Below the pieces are notes generated by a model. That model saw only the letters and a list, made by a program, of their open reading frames with translations, was not told where the DNA came from and searched no databases. Positions 1 to 11,178 of a stretch of 57,856 nt of DNA are shown piece after piece. Source of the stretch: Salisapilia sapeloensis CBS 127946. Its lineage: Eukaryota; Protista; Oomycota. The stretch covers positions 1 to 57,856 of the forward strand of contig JAADVB010000109.1 in the NCBI GenBank assembly GCA_023334545.1, written 5' to 3'. How positions within the stretch are numbered: the first letter of the stretch is position 1; each line of letters opens with the position of its first letter. A program made the position numbers and the translations under genes.

Positions 1-370
1 AGTACGAGCTCGTTACCGAATGATTCGACCGCTAACCTCCTTCAGTGGAGGCAGTGGCCGGATAAATATCGATCTGTGGAAGGAGACCTCTTATGGTAAC
101 CTAATATAAGTATAGGTAACCATCAATAGACTTATACTTTACTTGACGTCTTGATTTTGTTTGTTATCGTTCCTTCTTGATATATCTTATCTTACTACTG
201 ATATAAATTCGCTTTGCATCAGTCTGCTTAAAACGATTTACATACAATAACGTGAACGCGATGCACAAAATGTTGGGAAAGCTTTGATATTTCCAGAATT
301 AAATGCAGCGATGGATGCCCAGGAGGGACCGAAATAGTGGCTATGATCTCTCGAAGTCTGGTTGAGCCCA

Positions 371-1349
371 GTGCGAAATGTTGCCATGCTATTTCTCCTC
401 CATGTCCAAGTCCTGGCAAATATGCAGTCTCGTATTGGTCGGCTCATTCACATCGTCGACAAACCTACGCTGCGCAGCGACCGTCGGCGTCGCGAACTTT
501 CGTTAATAGTCGGCTTTATTCTCCTTTTCATGCTTGCCTCGGAAGATGATCTCGACTGCTCCTTTAGCTGCCATGACAGCAATCTCAGCGGACAGTCAAG
601 TGTAGTTCATGTCGCCACGAAGATGCTTAGAGCTCATCACGTTGTATGCACCTCTATACCCTTTACGAGTGATCACGATGACCTTCGGTACAGTAGCCTC
701 GGCGTACACGTACAGCAGCTTCGCACCATGGCGAGTGATGCCATTGTACTCTTGGTCTGTACCAGGCAGGAAGCCAGGGACGTCGACTAATGTGACAATC
801 AGAATGTTGAACGAGTCGCAGAATCGGACGAAGCGAGCAGCTTTCACGGATACATCAATGTCAAGGCAGTCAGCAAGTTCCATCGGCTGATAAACAATGA
901 TACCGATGACGCGGTCTTCAAAGCGTTCGTATCCGACAATGATGTTCTTCGCATAGTCCGGCATGATCTCGAAAAAGTCAAGCGAGTCGACGATCTGGTG
1001 GATGATGTCTCTCATGCTATACGAAACGCTCGGATCCGGAGGAACGATGCTTTCGAACGTCGGGATCGATCGGTTCCGATCATCATCCGACTCGCGTCTC
1101 GGTAAATTTTCTATCTTCACTTGAGTTTGTTTCTACATGTAGAAATATGCAAGACATATCCTTGTTGTTGAGGGGGATGTAGTCGAGGAAGCGACGCATC
1201 TCTCAAATGGTTTCCACGTCATTGTCAAAGGTACAGTGGGTCACACCGAAAATCTTGGTATGTTTGGCAGCGCCTCCAAGTTGCTTTCGAGTCACGTCTT
1301 CGCTAACCACTTTCTGGAAATCCTGTCTAGTCACAAACATGTAGGACGA
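371..1349 (-). pseudogene. PCCB: Propionyl-CoA carboxylase beta-subunit (carboxyl transferase) pseudogene, C-terminal two thirds
   Basis: Recognisable motifs: [81 protein letters not shown]. In-frame stops: TGA 1203-1205, TGA 596-598 (at the conserved Trp), TAA 503-505, TAG 389-391. A 49-nt intron relic (1159-1111) starts AT instead of GT. Confidence 0.9.
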
Positions 1350-1669
1350 AGCCTAATTGAGCATACCATACTGTCTAAAAGATCCTTGATCTAGAATATA
1401 TATAAAGCTGGCAAGATGCAGTGCTTTGCCGATCGATAGCTAGAAGTTGTATGGCTAAATGTATCATCATGAATGCATTTGCTTTCCATAAGACAAGTAG
1501 GGTAGACATCATCTATACTGCTATGGAATAGTCTTCATCCAAGCAATATGAAGAGAAGAGTCAAATGCTTATGACTCGAACGTTTCTCTATGTTCATGCT
1601 ACAACAACAAAGAGGTGGAGAGCTACTGTGAACGACATTGTATTTGCAATTTGAGTTGTGAACAATGTG

Positions 1670-2621
1670 TCAATGCGAGTGGAGTTCACGATTACCACCA
1701 ACGAGTTTGGCGGTACGGAAGAGCGTTTCCTGAGCGTTGTACAAGAGCTGGTCCATTGACCCGTCGTTATGAATGACAAGATCAGCCTGCTCTTCTTTCT
1801 CCTGTCCAATACAAGTCAGCAAGAGGATAGTTATAAGTAGATATGCATCCTACCGCCAGATTCATCTGCGACTTGATGCGTCTCTCTGCATCTTCACGAC
1901 TCAGATCATTCCGCTTCATTAGCCGCTGCGTCTCGTTCTCTTCAGAGCAAACGACGACGACGATCGGATAGCAAAAGAAGGACAGAATCTTGGTTTCGAA
2001 GAGCAAAGGCGCATCGAACACCACGAGACGACGTCTCGCAATTAGTCGTTCATACACTAGCTGACGGAACATTTCCCAGATAATGTACTTGTGCGTACAC
2101 TTGTTCAGTTGCTCTCGCTTGGCTGGATCGGCGAAGATGACTTGGCCCAATTTGCCACGATCAATCGTCTTATCCTTTGGATTCAGCACATCTTCACCAA
2201 ACGTACGCACGATCTCTTTATAAGCTCCATGACCAGGCAATACGACTTGTCTGGCGATCACATCGGCGTCGATGATGGTACCACCAGCTCGCTGGAAGAC
2301 ATTCGAGACCGCGCTTTTGCCTGTCGCGATACCCCCCGTCAGTCCTACGGCAACAAAAGAGGCACCAACCATCCTTCCGATGAAGAGAGATGCAGCAGCA
2401 GCTATAAATTCCTCTTGGGATGTAAGCTATGATCGAATAAGAGTCAGGTGCATATCGAAAAGCGGTCTAGAGGTGGTGACCATGGGAGTAGCAAAGACGG
2501 GCAGAAGGTTGAGTGCCCATCTCTTCAGTGCATTCTTGCGTGTCTTCTCTTTAAAAAAGCCGATAGGTACACCTACTACGAGCGCTATCGCCGCGATCGA
2601 AAGCACTCGACCATCCAGCAT
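1670..2621 (-). CDS. coaE: Dephospho-CoA kinase with hydrophobic N-terminal extension; exons 2621-2481, 2426-1854, 1801-1670
   Basis: P-loop GLTGGIATGKS, IIDADVIAR, FDAPLLFE. Removing introns 2480-2427 and 1853-1802 (both GT..AG) restores SQMNLAEKEEQADLVIHNDGS. Confidence 0.88.
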
Positions 2622-2691
2622 GAGTGTCTTGGAATGACGCAGATGGGTATCTGTCTGGTAGAACAAAAGGGAAGAGGTATATTGAAGGGAT

Positions 2692-3885
2692 TCATGTGCC
2701 AAGTAGCTGCGTGCTGATCTTTTCGACAATGTCTTGCAGTTCCTCATCCAATTTGGTATGGTGTGTCGTATCTTGACCCAATGTGCGTGTGAGGCAGGAT
2801 GGCGTGAGTGGACTGGATAAATTGTCTGCTAGCAAACCGTCATGGAAGCGACGAAATTTGCCCTGTAAATGTCAGTTGATGCTGTTGGAGTAGGATGGAG
2901 ATATACACGTACTTTGCATCGGTCGATGGTAAATGTAAACACTGGCCTATTAGCAGCGATGGCTTCCGTGGTCATGGATACCGAATCAGGTGTGGTAACG
3001 ATAGCTGTTGCCATGGACAAGAAAGCGTAGTACGGATTGTCTCCTTGCCCGTCGTAGATGAACACATCTTGCTGACGATACTGTCGCTCCAGATAGTCCA
3101 CAAACATATCTTTTACCTATACGCATGCATAAGTCAAAGTTACCATGTATATGCAGACACCGTAGCACCTCTCGCGGTGTCCGTCGAGAGAAGCTGACTA
3201 GGACGGAAACATCCTGAACTCGACTGCCGATAGCTGTATCCAATTCTTTCATCATGTATTCCATATCCTCCTTCGAAAACGGGAATCCACGACATGGACC
3301 ACCAATAAGCAGTACCACTCGAAATCTCTTCTGTCTGTAAATAGCAAGTCGCTCAGCCCACTTGGCTTCTTCTTCACGAAGCTTTGTTTCTTGCATATCA
3401 AAGACTGTGCCAGTAGTCAGATATAACCGTTCATGCTGCTTAACTCGACGAAAGTCATGTTGAGGTGTGACGACGGCATTAAAGAAGGAAAGTGGGATAC
3501 GAGGATGCTGCACCTGTACACTACACGTCCGCTTGTTGAGAAGACGCATAGCAGCGCATAACGAGACCGTCGTACGTCCCGAGCCGATCACCACATCCAT
3601 AGACGTAGTAGACGTACCAATCGATCGGATCAGGTCATGCGCTTTGTCATCGAGCGGTGCATATCCGAACAAAGCGTTCTGCGTAGCGAGCGCCGTGAGC
3701 AATTGGATGGCTGGCGGGAGCTTTGCAACGAACGAAGAGGTCTGGAGAGCAGGTCGGACAAAGTGAGGTGCAGTGACTTTGACACCGTGTTCCCTTAGAC
3801 ATGAGGTTAATCGACGACCTAGTGCCACCACTTGTTTCTCCGCTCCTACAGCTCCATTGCCAAGCAGAATCAGTCGGACGTTCAT
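2692..3885 (-). CDS. ELM1: Mitochondrial fission ELM1 / DUF1022 family protein (spliced)
   Basis: GNGAVGAEKQ..ALG, IGSGRTT, VQVQHPR, VVTPQHD, LLIGGP, VSFSRRTP, NPYYAFL, TPDSVSMTTEA, then GKFRRFH after an intron. Stop at 2692. Confidence 0.8.
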
Positions 3886-3957
3886 GACACAAACAGAAAG
3901 AGGAAATGATGAAAAGTGTTCGTGTTTGTCTTTTGAAAAGAAAAAAATGAAAGAACT

Positions 3958-5274
3958 CTACTCGTCGTCTTCGCTTTCCTCCGACGCGTTCTCGAGCCAC
4001 TCGATGAAAGGCTGCATCTTAGCCTTGAGGTCCTTACCCTGCTCTTCCGACACTTCCCAGTGACCGTATTCCTTGCGCACGTCGCCATTGGCCCAAGCAA
4101 TCAACTGCTCTTCTTCCAAGACGTCTTCATCGTAAAAGAGCTTCAGAACGACTGGGAAGGCAGACAGCAAGTTCGGGTAGTCGATGACACAAAAGTGTTC
4201 GCTGAGAGCAATGAGACGGTATTGGTCCACGTCACCCTTGACGATCTTCTCCAAGACCGGAGCCATCTTCTCGACTTGATTCTCCGCCACAATCTTGTCG
4301 TCAAACGCAGCTTGGAAGAAAATCACAAGACGATCCGAGATCGGGTGTGCACCATTCGTCTGCTGACGGCAGACTTCATCAAAGATGTCGTCAGTCGAAT
4401 TAGAGTCCTGGATGAAGCGACGGACGTTGTTGACAGCTCCTTCCAGAGCGTTGTCATCCACCTCGAGGTTATCGAGTTGCTCCGTCACGTTGCTTTCCGC
4501 CATGCCCATAGCAGACTGAGCCGCCGACTCGATGGCTTCAGCTTCTGCAGCACGAGCAGCAACAGCTTCAGCCGACAGGTCGGTATGCCAAACGACATCA
4601 TCTTCATCGTCGTCCTGGTCACCTGCAGTGTCTTCATCCGGAGATTGGGCGCTGTCACTCTTGCGACGCTTTTCCTTCTTGTCCTTCTTGTCCTTCTTCT
4701 CCTTCTTGTCCTTCTTCTTCTTCTTATCCTTCTTCTCCTTGTCCTCCGTCTCGGGCTCGTCACGGCTCTTATCCTTTTTCTCCTTCTTGTCTTTCTTAGA
4801 CTTCTTGTCCGACTTGGACGCACGCTTCGCAGCCGTGTGTTCCTTGAGAATAAAGGTCGTGAGCTTGTGGGCCAAGTCGACAGGTTCCTGAGCACCACAC
4901 GCAAGACACTTGTGCATAATCACTTGACCCTTGAACTTGTACTTGGTCTCGGGCAAGTGGCAGTTGGGGCATAGGACGAAGCCTTCAATGTACTTGGACA
5001 AGTGCTGCTGCAGCGTCTGGCTGTCGAACGCACCGTTCACAATCGCTCGGTCCGACTTTTCGTCGTACTTGGACTGCGCACCAAGCTCACATCCGAAGAA
5101 CTTGCACACTTCCGCAGGCGTACGGTGCAAGGATAAAGCAATGTCCGAACAGTTGACCACGAGCGTCTTAATACCGTTTCCACGGCCTTCAATCTTGGCC
5201 TGTAGACGCGGCATTTTGTATCGATACTCGGGATCATCGACCGGGTTGGTACCCGCAATATTCATTGTCGCCAT
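3958..5274 (-). CDS. EIF5: Eukaryotic translation initiation factor 5
   Basis: YRYKMPRL..KIEGRGNGIKT, zinc ribbon CPNC..PET..CLAC, Lys/Asp-rich linker, C-terminal W2 domain ending FIEWLENASEESEDDE. Single exon. Confidence 0.97.
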   Translation of the reverse strand: MATMNIAGTNPVDDPEYRYKMPRLQAKIEGRGNGIKTLVVNCSDIALSLHRTPAEVCKFFGCELGAQSKYDEKSDRAIVNGAFDSQTLQQHLSKYIEGFVLCPNCHLPETKYKFKGQVIMHKCLACGAQEPVDLAHKLTTFILKEHTAAKRASKSDKKSKKDKKEKKDKSRDEPETEDKEKKDKKKKKDKKEKKDKKDKKEKRRKSDSAQSPDEDTAGDQDDDEDDVVWHTDLSAEAVAARAAEAEAIESAAQSAMGMAESNVTEQLDNLEVDDNALEGAVNNVRRFIQDSNSTDDIFDEVCRQQTNGAHPISDRLVIFFQAAFDDKIVAENQVEKMAPVLEKIVKGDVDQYRLIALSEHFCVIDYPNLLSAFPVVLKLFYDEDVLEEEQLIAWANGDVRKEYGHWEVSEEQGKDLKAKMQPFIEWLENASEESEDDE

Positions 5275-5736
5275 GGTTGATGTAAAGTTACGTTGCGCGG
5301 TTTATATACTTTTTACGTTTTTTGGCGGAGTCTCCACTCGCTTCAAACTTCAGCCACGGGTTTGTCCAATGCATGCACTGACTGGCACTTGGACTCGATA
5401 TAGGAGCCGACACTCGAATGGTAGCCGACGGTAAGAACGACGGATGGCAAGTGTGCGGAAAAGAAAAAACGAGGTTCAGAGCAAAAGCCTCGTTGCTTTG
5501 CTCCACTCGTTTAAAAAGAAGAAAAGTTCTTGTCGTACAAACGCAAAAAGACTGTTTCAGAATGCGAAAGGTCCTTCGCACTCGCTTTCTGCAACTTTCG
5601 GCTTGTGCTCTCGCGCGCTAATTCGGAAATGTCTGGAGGAGGCAGCGGTCGGGAATGTGACAGGCATTCGTCTGATATTAATATGGACCAACCGTCCTTC
5701 TTCGAAGAAAAGAAAAGAACGATATCTTTTGTTTTG

Positions 5737-7926
5737 CTACACCGTCCGAGCTCGCTTCGATGGATAGCTCACGAGATGCTGGTCGTCTTGTCTTGGGAGA
5801 GGCGATCGTAGCGATAGATCAGGTGTCAAATGGCTTGGCTGAATGCGCACGGGATTTAGATCTAGACTGTACATGCGGCGATACCAATCGATGCTGTTCT
5901 GTTCCGACGGATATAACGAATCTAGACGCTGTCCTTGGATCTCAGCAGCATATACAGCATGTGCACATGGAAACTGTCGGTCTTGCCATTGTCGACATGA
6001 ACATTCTTTGTTTGGCAGATGGACATTGTACCAGTCAGCTGCTCGTGCAAACCGACTTGGCGCAACCATTCGGACTTTGATCGTCGCTTCCTGGGTCATA
6101 GCTTCACATTTTTGACTCGTACGTAGCACGATTTCCATCTCATTCGCTCTTTTCGGCACGAACTGCTTCGGAGACAAGTTAACAACGCTCTGTCGGCGCT
6201 GGATAAAGTTATGAGCGACTTGTGTAGCATACTGATGGAAAGCGTGCAAAGGTCGTGTACTACTCAACGGTTCGTCGCCGAACCAAAGGACGTGAGAAGC
6301 ATGTGATTCTTGGTCCAGTGGAAACACTACTTGTGCACCCGACGTTTCCGTCAAGTCACACGTGACAACGTTATAAGTCGGCTTATGATGGTAATTTAGA
6401 AACAGGTAGCGTATCCACTTGTGACCAGGCAGAGTGTCCATGAATATAGAAGCATCTGCATGCAGCTTATGTAGCTGGCTACGGCGCAAGTGGTACTCCT
6501 CTGGACTGTCGCTGCGCGCGAGGGCGTAGACAGTATGTTTGACGTCTGGCGTAAGAGGCTGCTGGAGCTGCTTGCACATGTCTTCCACGATGCGCTTCAT
6601 GCAGTAGTGATGAGCTGCACCCGACCAGGAGGTTTCGATAGCAGCTTCCAGTCCATGCTGTCGACCAGCGATGACTGTGCAGCTCTCCCATGAGATGGTA
6701 GGTATATGGAAATGTAATTGTTGAATGAACCACGCCCACGCTTGTTCATTTTCCTGTCGAACGAGTGCGAAGGCAAAGGTGAGAAGCTCGTCGTTTGGGT
6801 CTTTTATAGATGCTTTAAGGTAGACGCCACACATGACTTCGTCTCCATGCATGCCAGCTTCAGTTGGGGAGACTCGATCAAGAGACACGATCAGAGGGCA
6901 GAAAGAAACTGCGTGGATGGCAGTATGAGGGATGAGAATCGCTCGTTGAAACACACTCCCCGCATCTTTCTCTACAGACACGACAGATCCATTATTTACT
7001 TCTCTGACGGCATTTAGGTAGCTCTCGAGTCGCTGAAAGTCCTCTCGAATACATGTATATCGAGAGTTTAGCAACTGGCGTTTGACTCTGGATGCTGTCA
7101 TGGGATTAATGTGCAATCCTCTTTTTAACAATAAACTACGAATGCCTTTGCCTTTCATCTCTTTTATAGAAGAGAGTGGCATTTGGGATTGGGACAGCTC
7201 ATCCGCAACGATGCGACAGAGATTCTTTGTTGATAAAGTGGTATTCCGTTGACATGGAGCTTGCTCTTCGTCGTCCGAGTCCGAGTCAGCCGTCCTCTTT
7301 TTGGATACATGATGATGTGTACCAACGAATTTATAGTGGTTGTGTAGAAAGCATGCTCTAGTTACTTTCCATGACGTTCCCTTGCCGTAGCAATTCATGT
7401 AAAATGGACATCGCAAGTCTTCTTTTGGTGTCTTTGGATCGTAAAATTGCTGCTGAGAGAGTTTCTTGCATTTGTACTTAGCATTTCCACCACCATCCGG
7501 CTTGGAACTTGAGTGGGCTACGGTCAATTGAAAACCTCTTTGCACAGCAAAGAGCTTGCAACGTTCCTGGAGCTCCTTTTGAGTCGAAAACACTTCTCCG
7601 CCACATCCGCAAGGGTTGGATGTACCACTCGTCTGTGCAACACCGTAGCTCTTGGACTCTGCATCACGACTAATGTCCAAGCCAGGGTCCAATAGTCCCA
7701 TGGAAACTGCTTCATGCAAGTCTAAATCGTCCAGCGTCGCATACTCATCACATTTGCTGGCACCTGACATCTCAAATGTTGTCCTCGGGGATGCTTGATT
7801 CATACCAGCGGATTTGTCTGTATTACAAGATGCAGATGAGCTTTCTTTCGGCGTGAAAGAACCTATGTGCGTGTAACTAGCGTCGAGCAAGACCGCTGAT
7901 ACGGATGTATCGGTCTCTTCATGCAT
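5737..7926 (-). CDS. MULE (Mutator) transposase-derived protein: MuDR/WRKY-like Zn DNA-binding domain + MULE domain + SWIM finger; probably domesticated
   Basis: Intact 729-aa ORF. CKK..CPF..WKV..HNH DNA-binding domain; SLD..DPNDELLTFAFALV..ENEQAWAWF MULE core; SWIM CSCRQWQDRQFPCAHA. No terminal inverted repeats noticed. The exact start codon is uncertain. Confidence 0.8.
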   Translation of the reverse strand: MHEETDTSVSAVLLDASYTHIGSFTPKESSSASCNTDKSAGMNQASPRTTFEMSGASKCDEYATLDDLDLHEAVSMGLLDPGLDISRDAESKSYGVAQTSGTSNPCGCGGEVFSTQKELQERCKLFAVQRGFQLTVAHSSSKPDGGGNAKYKCKKLSQQQFYDPKTPKEDLRCPFYMNCYGKGTSWKVTRACFLHNHYKFVGTHHHVSKKRTADSDSDDEEQAPCQRNTTLSTKNLCRIVADELSQSQMPLSSIKEMKGKGIRSLLLKRGLHINPMTASRVKRQLLNSRYTCIREDFQRLESYLNAVREVNNGSVVSVEKDAGSVFQRAILIPHTAIHAVSFCPLIVSLDRVSPTEAGMHGDEVMCGVYLKASIKDPNDELLTFAFALVRQENEQAWAWFIQQLHFHIPTISWESCTVIAGRQHGLEAAIETSWSGAAHHYCMKRIVEDMCKQLQQPLTPDVKHTVYALARSDSPEEYHLRRSQLHKLHADASIFMDTLPGHKWIRYLFLNYHHKPTYNVVTCDLTETSGAQVVFPLDQESHASHVLWFGDEPLSSTRPLHAFHQYATQVAHNFIQRRQSVVNLSPKQFVPKRANEMEIVLRTSQKCEAMTQEATIKVRMVAPSRFARAADWYNVHLPNKECSCRQWQDRQFPCAHAVYAAEIQGQRLDSLYPSEQNSIDWYRRMYSLDLNPVRIQPSHLTPDLSLRSPLPRQDDQHLVSYPSKRARTV

Positions 7927-7983
7927 TTGTTGTCTGACTATTTAGACTTGATTAACATATACAGGCAAGAAATTTGTATTGGC

Positions 7984-8804
7984 ATGTACCTCGTACGTCG
8001 TGGCCATCGCGTTGCGCGTGTGCAGTGGAGATCGGTCGGTCGTCGATGGGAATCGAATGTAACGAAAGGAAGTGAGAAACCTACGCGAGAAGCTGCACGC
8101 AAAGAGCGACAGCAGAATGAACCTCCGAAGCGTGATGTGGAAGCCGAGGAGAACTCGGACGATGGAGCACTGATGCGGCTACTCGGTTCCGATTGGGGTG
8201 ATCGTCGCGGACAGAAAGTTTCTCTGCCCATGAAGATTTACTGGGGTATATTCCTCCTAGTCATTGGCAACGGCATCTTCACGTCGGTCCTTGGCAAAGA
8301 CGGTATGCTCCATCCATTCATCCGCATGTGTACCCGTCGATAACGTTATGGCTACTAGAGAAATTCTTTGTGAACAAGGCGAAGCGTCAGATGGAAGAGA
8401 AGACCGGTCAAGAAAGCGTGAGTGAGTATGATGAGTCAGAAGAACAAGTAGAGCAGGTAGAGGAGCAAGTAGACCCAGTAGAGCAAGTAGAGGAAGAAAA
8501 AGAAGTAGAAAGCTCTTCCACACCGCCGCCACGATCAGCAGGTTTGACGTCTGGCGTTATGTCCTCGAGTGCAATGGGCAGTGCCAATCCGTTTATGCAC
8601 CGGCAATACAATACAGTTCGCCGGCCGCAGACAAAGGAGGACTTGCAGCAGCAGTTGCAAGAGCTTCGAGCTCGACAAGCAAAGGTGGAGGAGCAGATCG
8701 GCAGCCAGACGTGGCGTTCTCAAAGTGATCTTGAAAGTGAGATTCGTAGCATTGAGTTGCAAAAGAGGCAGGTGAAAGACACGATTAAGGAGCTTTCGAA
8801 ATAG
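7984..8804 (+). CDS. Hypothetical single-pass membrane protein with Arg-rich, mitochondrial-type N-terminus and C-terminal coiled coil; intron 8303-8358
   Basis: MYLVRRGHRVARVQWRSVGRRW leader; TM IYWGIFLLVIGNGIFTSVL; a 56-nt GT..AG intron joins ORFs 7921-8343 and 8328-8804 in frame. Confidence 0.65.
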
Positions 8805-8811
8805 ACCATTT

Positions 8812-10259
8812 TCACTTTGTGATTGCAATGGATACGGCACCACCTGCCTTTATCGATAGCACATACAGTTCGTTATCGCTGAAGAAAGCAACACGTTGTA
8901 GGCTAGACCGGTTGGTATGGTCGCCATGGCCTAGTGTGTGCGTCAGTAGTCAGATAGAATAAGAGGATAGGAAGGAGATGTACCGAGGTTGCCATGTTCA
9001 TTCCATCCACATGTGAACAGCTTTCCATCGTTTGTGAGCACGAGAGAATGCTCACTGCCACAAGTTACTTGAACAACTTGACTGTCGGATGGAACGGATA
9101 CTTGCACAGGCGTGATTGCTTGCTCCATTGGCACGCCTATTTGTGGAAATGAGGAATGTAAGATAGTTGGTGTGCGGACGAGTGATACCTAACTGTCCAT
9201 GCGTGTTCCGTCCCCACGCGATGACAGATCCATTTTCGGTTGTACAGAGTGTAAAGTGCCAGCCAACGTCTAACTGCCTTGTGACGATGGGATCACCGTT
9301 TTCCATACGGACGATCGTTGGATGGAAAACTTTAGGTATCCGCTGGTTTGTATCGACACTTGGTGATCCGACTTGACCGTGTCGGTTGCTGCCACAACAA
9401 TATGCTTGTCCTGATGTTGTCTGGAATACAGAATGCTCCCATCCACATCCGACCCATGCAACTTCATTGAGGTCGGGAAGGATAGTGGGGACTGTAGCGA
9501 TGGTTATTTCTGGTCCTAGACCTAGTTGGCCATGTCGACCAACACCCCACGCAAATGCGCTCCCTGTGTTTGTAGATAGGAGAGCATGCTTCCAACCACA
9601 TGCAATGCTGCGAACGCATATGGATGGAGGTAAAGATTGCAGTGGAAATGGTTCAGATGCTTCTTCTGATGTTGACGTAGATCTTCCTAACACGGAAAAC
9701 TGCGGAGATCCCCACGAGTATACTGTGTGGTGGTTGCCAGAAGAAACGACTGCCAATGTGTTCCACCATCCACATGCGACTTGATGGACTGCATTCTAGA
9801 ACGATTCATTGCATCAGAGCTGCTGGTTGAGATGATGTAATACTGTAATCGAAGCAAACGTTTTCGATTTTACTAGACGAAAGAGCTGTAGGAACCGTTG
9901 GGGCATCTCTGGATTGAATATCTGCTGTTCCTAACTGTAACTTTTCGTTGTCACCCCAAAGGTAGAGGCGAGAATCTCCATCCAAGCCGACTGTATGACA
10001 CCCTCCAGTCAATATCGTTTCTGGATCAACCTAGACAAATATAAGCATAATTTATAAGACAGAATTGAGAACATTGCGCTCATACGAATTGCTGGTCAAG
10101 CTTTTGTGGCAAAGCGTGATCTTCTGAATCGCCCAAACCAAGCTGTCCGGACCCACCTACAGCAAGAGTGCCCTTGTAAGTGACCATTATAAATAATAAT
10201 GGTTATCATATGCATGAAAGTGCACCTGATCCCCACACATAGACTTGTTTTGATGCCAT
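8812..10259 (-). CDS. RCC1-repeat beta-propeller protein (multi-exon)
   Basis: Repeated RCC1 motifs: VYVWGSGGSGQLGLG, LYLWGDNEKLQLG, IACGWKH, AWGVGRHGQLGLG, VGCGWEHS, AWGRNTHGQLG, VTCGSEHS, GWNEHGNLG. GT-AG introns join the ORF fragments. Confidence 0.88.
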
Positions 10260-10441
10260 TCCTGCCTATAAATTTTCTTGTCACCTCTTGTGTACCGCTA
10301 AACGTACGCTATAATTACTCTGTGCACATTTACGTACATATATCAAGTGACGTTAATGCTACGACATCGTCTGCCGCTATTTCAAGCGCAAAGACGAGTA
10401 GACATCGTTTTCAAGTAAAACTTCCCATTTCTTTTCTTTTA

Positions 10442-10993
10442 TTACTTGCGGTATACTCGACGCGCTTCGTTCATCATCAAGCCGTAGAAACGTTTGTAAT
10501 CCATACAAGCGAGCAAGTGGTCCACGAACCACGCATACTCGTGTTCTTCAAACAGGGCTAGATATTGCCCATCATACGCTTCTCTGCACTCTTTGAAAAA
10601 GTCCTCGATCGAGATGTCTTCCTCTTCCAAAAAGTCTATAATCCACATAAAAGGATAAAGGTTGCTGGCGTATACGCATAAGTGCTATCGAACCTGTAAG
10701 CTGTTCTTCAAAAAGTGCTAGATATTCATCATACAGCTCCTTGTACCTGCAGACAAGTCAATCCCGAAACGATGTTAAAACAGTGACAATCAGACGCACT
10801 CGTGCTTATGCTCAATTTCATCACTACTCTTCGCCTCTACCGCCTCAGTAAAGACATCCGCATGCTCTCTACAGCAAAATTGTCAGTTTTTACACCTCTC
10901 ATCTATCCACAGTCTCTCGCACCTGGCAAAGTCGTCAAAGACCTTTTCAAACGCCGGTGTGGCACAGAACGTAGCTGCTCGTTGGAGTGCCAT
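10442..10993 (-). CDS. BART-domain protein (ARL2BP/CFAP36-like), multi-exon; start uncertain
   Basis: Spliced product F..FA.EHADVF..EHKHEYKELYDEYLALFEEQL..FLEEEDISIEDFFKEC..LLACMDYKRFYGLMM is typical of BART domains. Confidence 0.8.
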
Positions 10994-11046
10994 TTGTTTT
11001 CGGATGGATCTCCAAAGGTCGCATCTCTTCACAGCGCATATTTCGT

Positions 11047-11075
11047 CCAATCACCTTCGCCTCTGCATCGATTGG
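11047..11075. promoter_or_regulatory. Two oppositely oriented CCAAT boxes in the divergent BART/PABP promoter
   Basis: CCAAT at 11047-11051 and ATTGG at 11071-11075, between the divergent genes. Function is inferred. Confidence 0.35.
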
Positions 11076-11140
11076 CCTCGAACCGCCCGCACCCGATCAC
11101 ACCTCTTCATTCTCTCTTTTTTCTCTCCTTTCCGAGCTTG

Positions 11141-11178
11141 AAAAAACCCCAAAAAAACTTCAAAAAAAACAAAAAAAA
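11141..11178 (+). promoter_or_regulatory. A-rich tract in the predicted PABP 5' UTR (candidate autoregulatory sequence)
   Basis: A6-CCCC-A7-CTTC-A8-C-A8. It lies downstream of an initiator-like TCATTC (about 11107) and upstream of a predicted 5' UTR intron (11197-11284) that ends 2 nt before the ATG. Confidence 0.6.

Noticed and set aside
92-123. Small imperfect inverted repeat ATGGTAACCTA..TAGGTAACCAT
   Set aside because: Only 11 bp with a mismatch and no associated element. Compatible with chance.
596-598. TGA at a conserved Trp, suggesting an alternative genetic code or selenocysteine
   Set aside because: The same frame also has TAA and TAG stops and a broken splice donor. All other genes use the standard code.
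4060-4974. Antisense and alternate-frame ORFs over eIF5
   Set aside because: They arise from codon bias and the AAG/GAC low-complexity linker.
7921-7926. Two ORFs starting at the palindrome ATGCAT
   Set aside because: The plus-strand gene more plausibly starts at 7984, so the overlap is likely an ORF-calling artefact.
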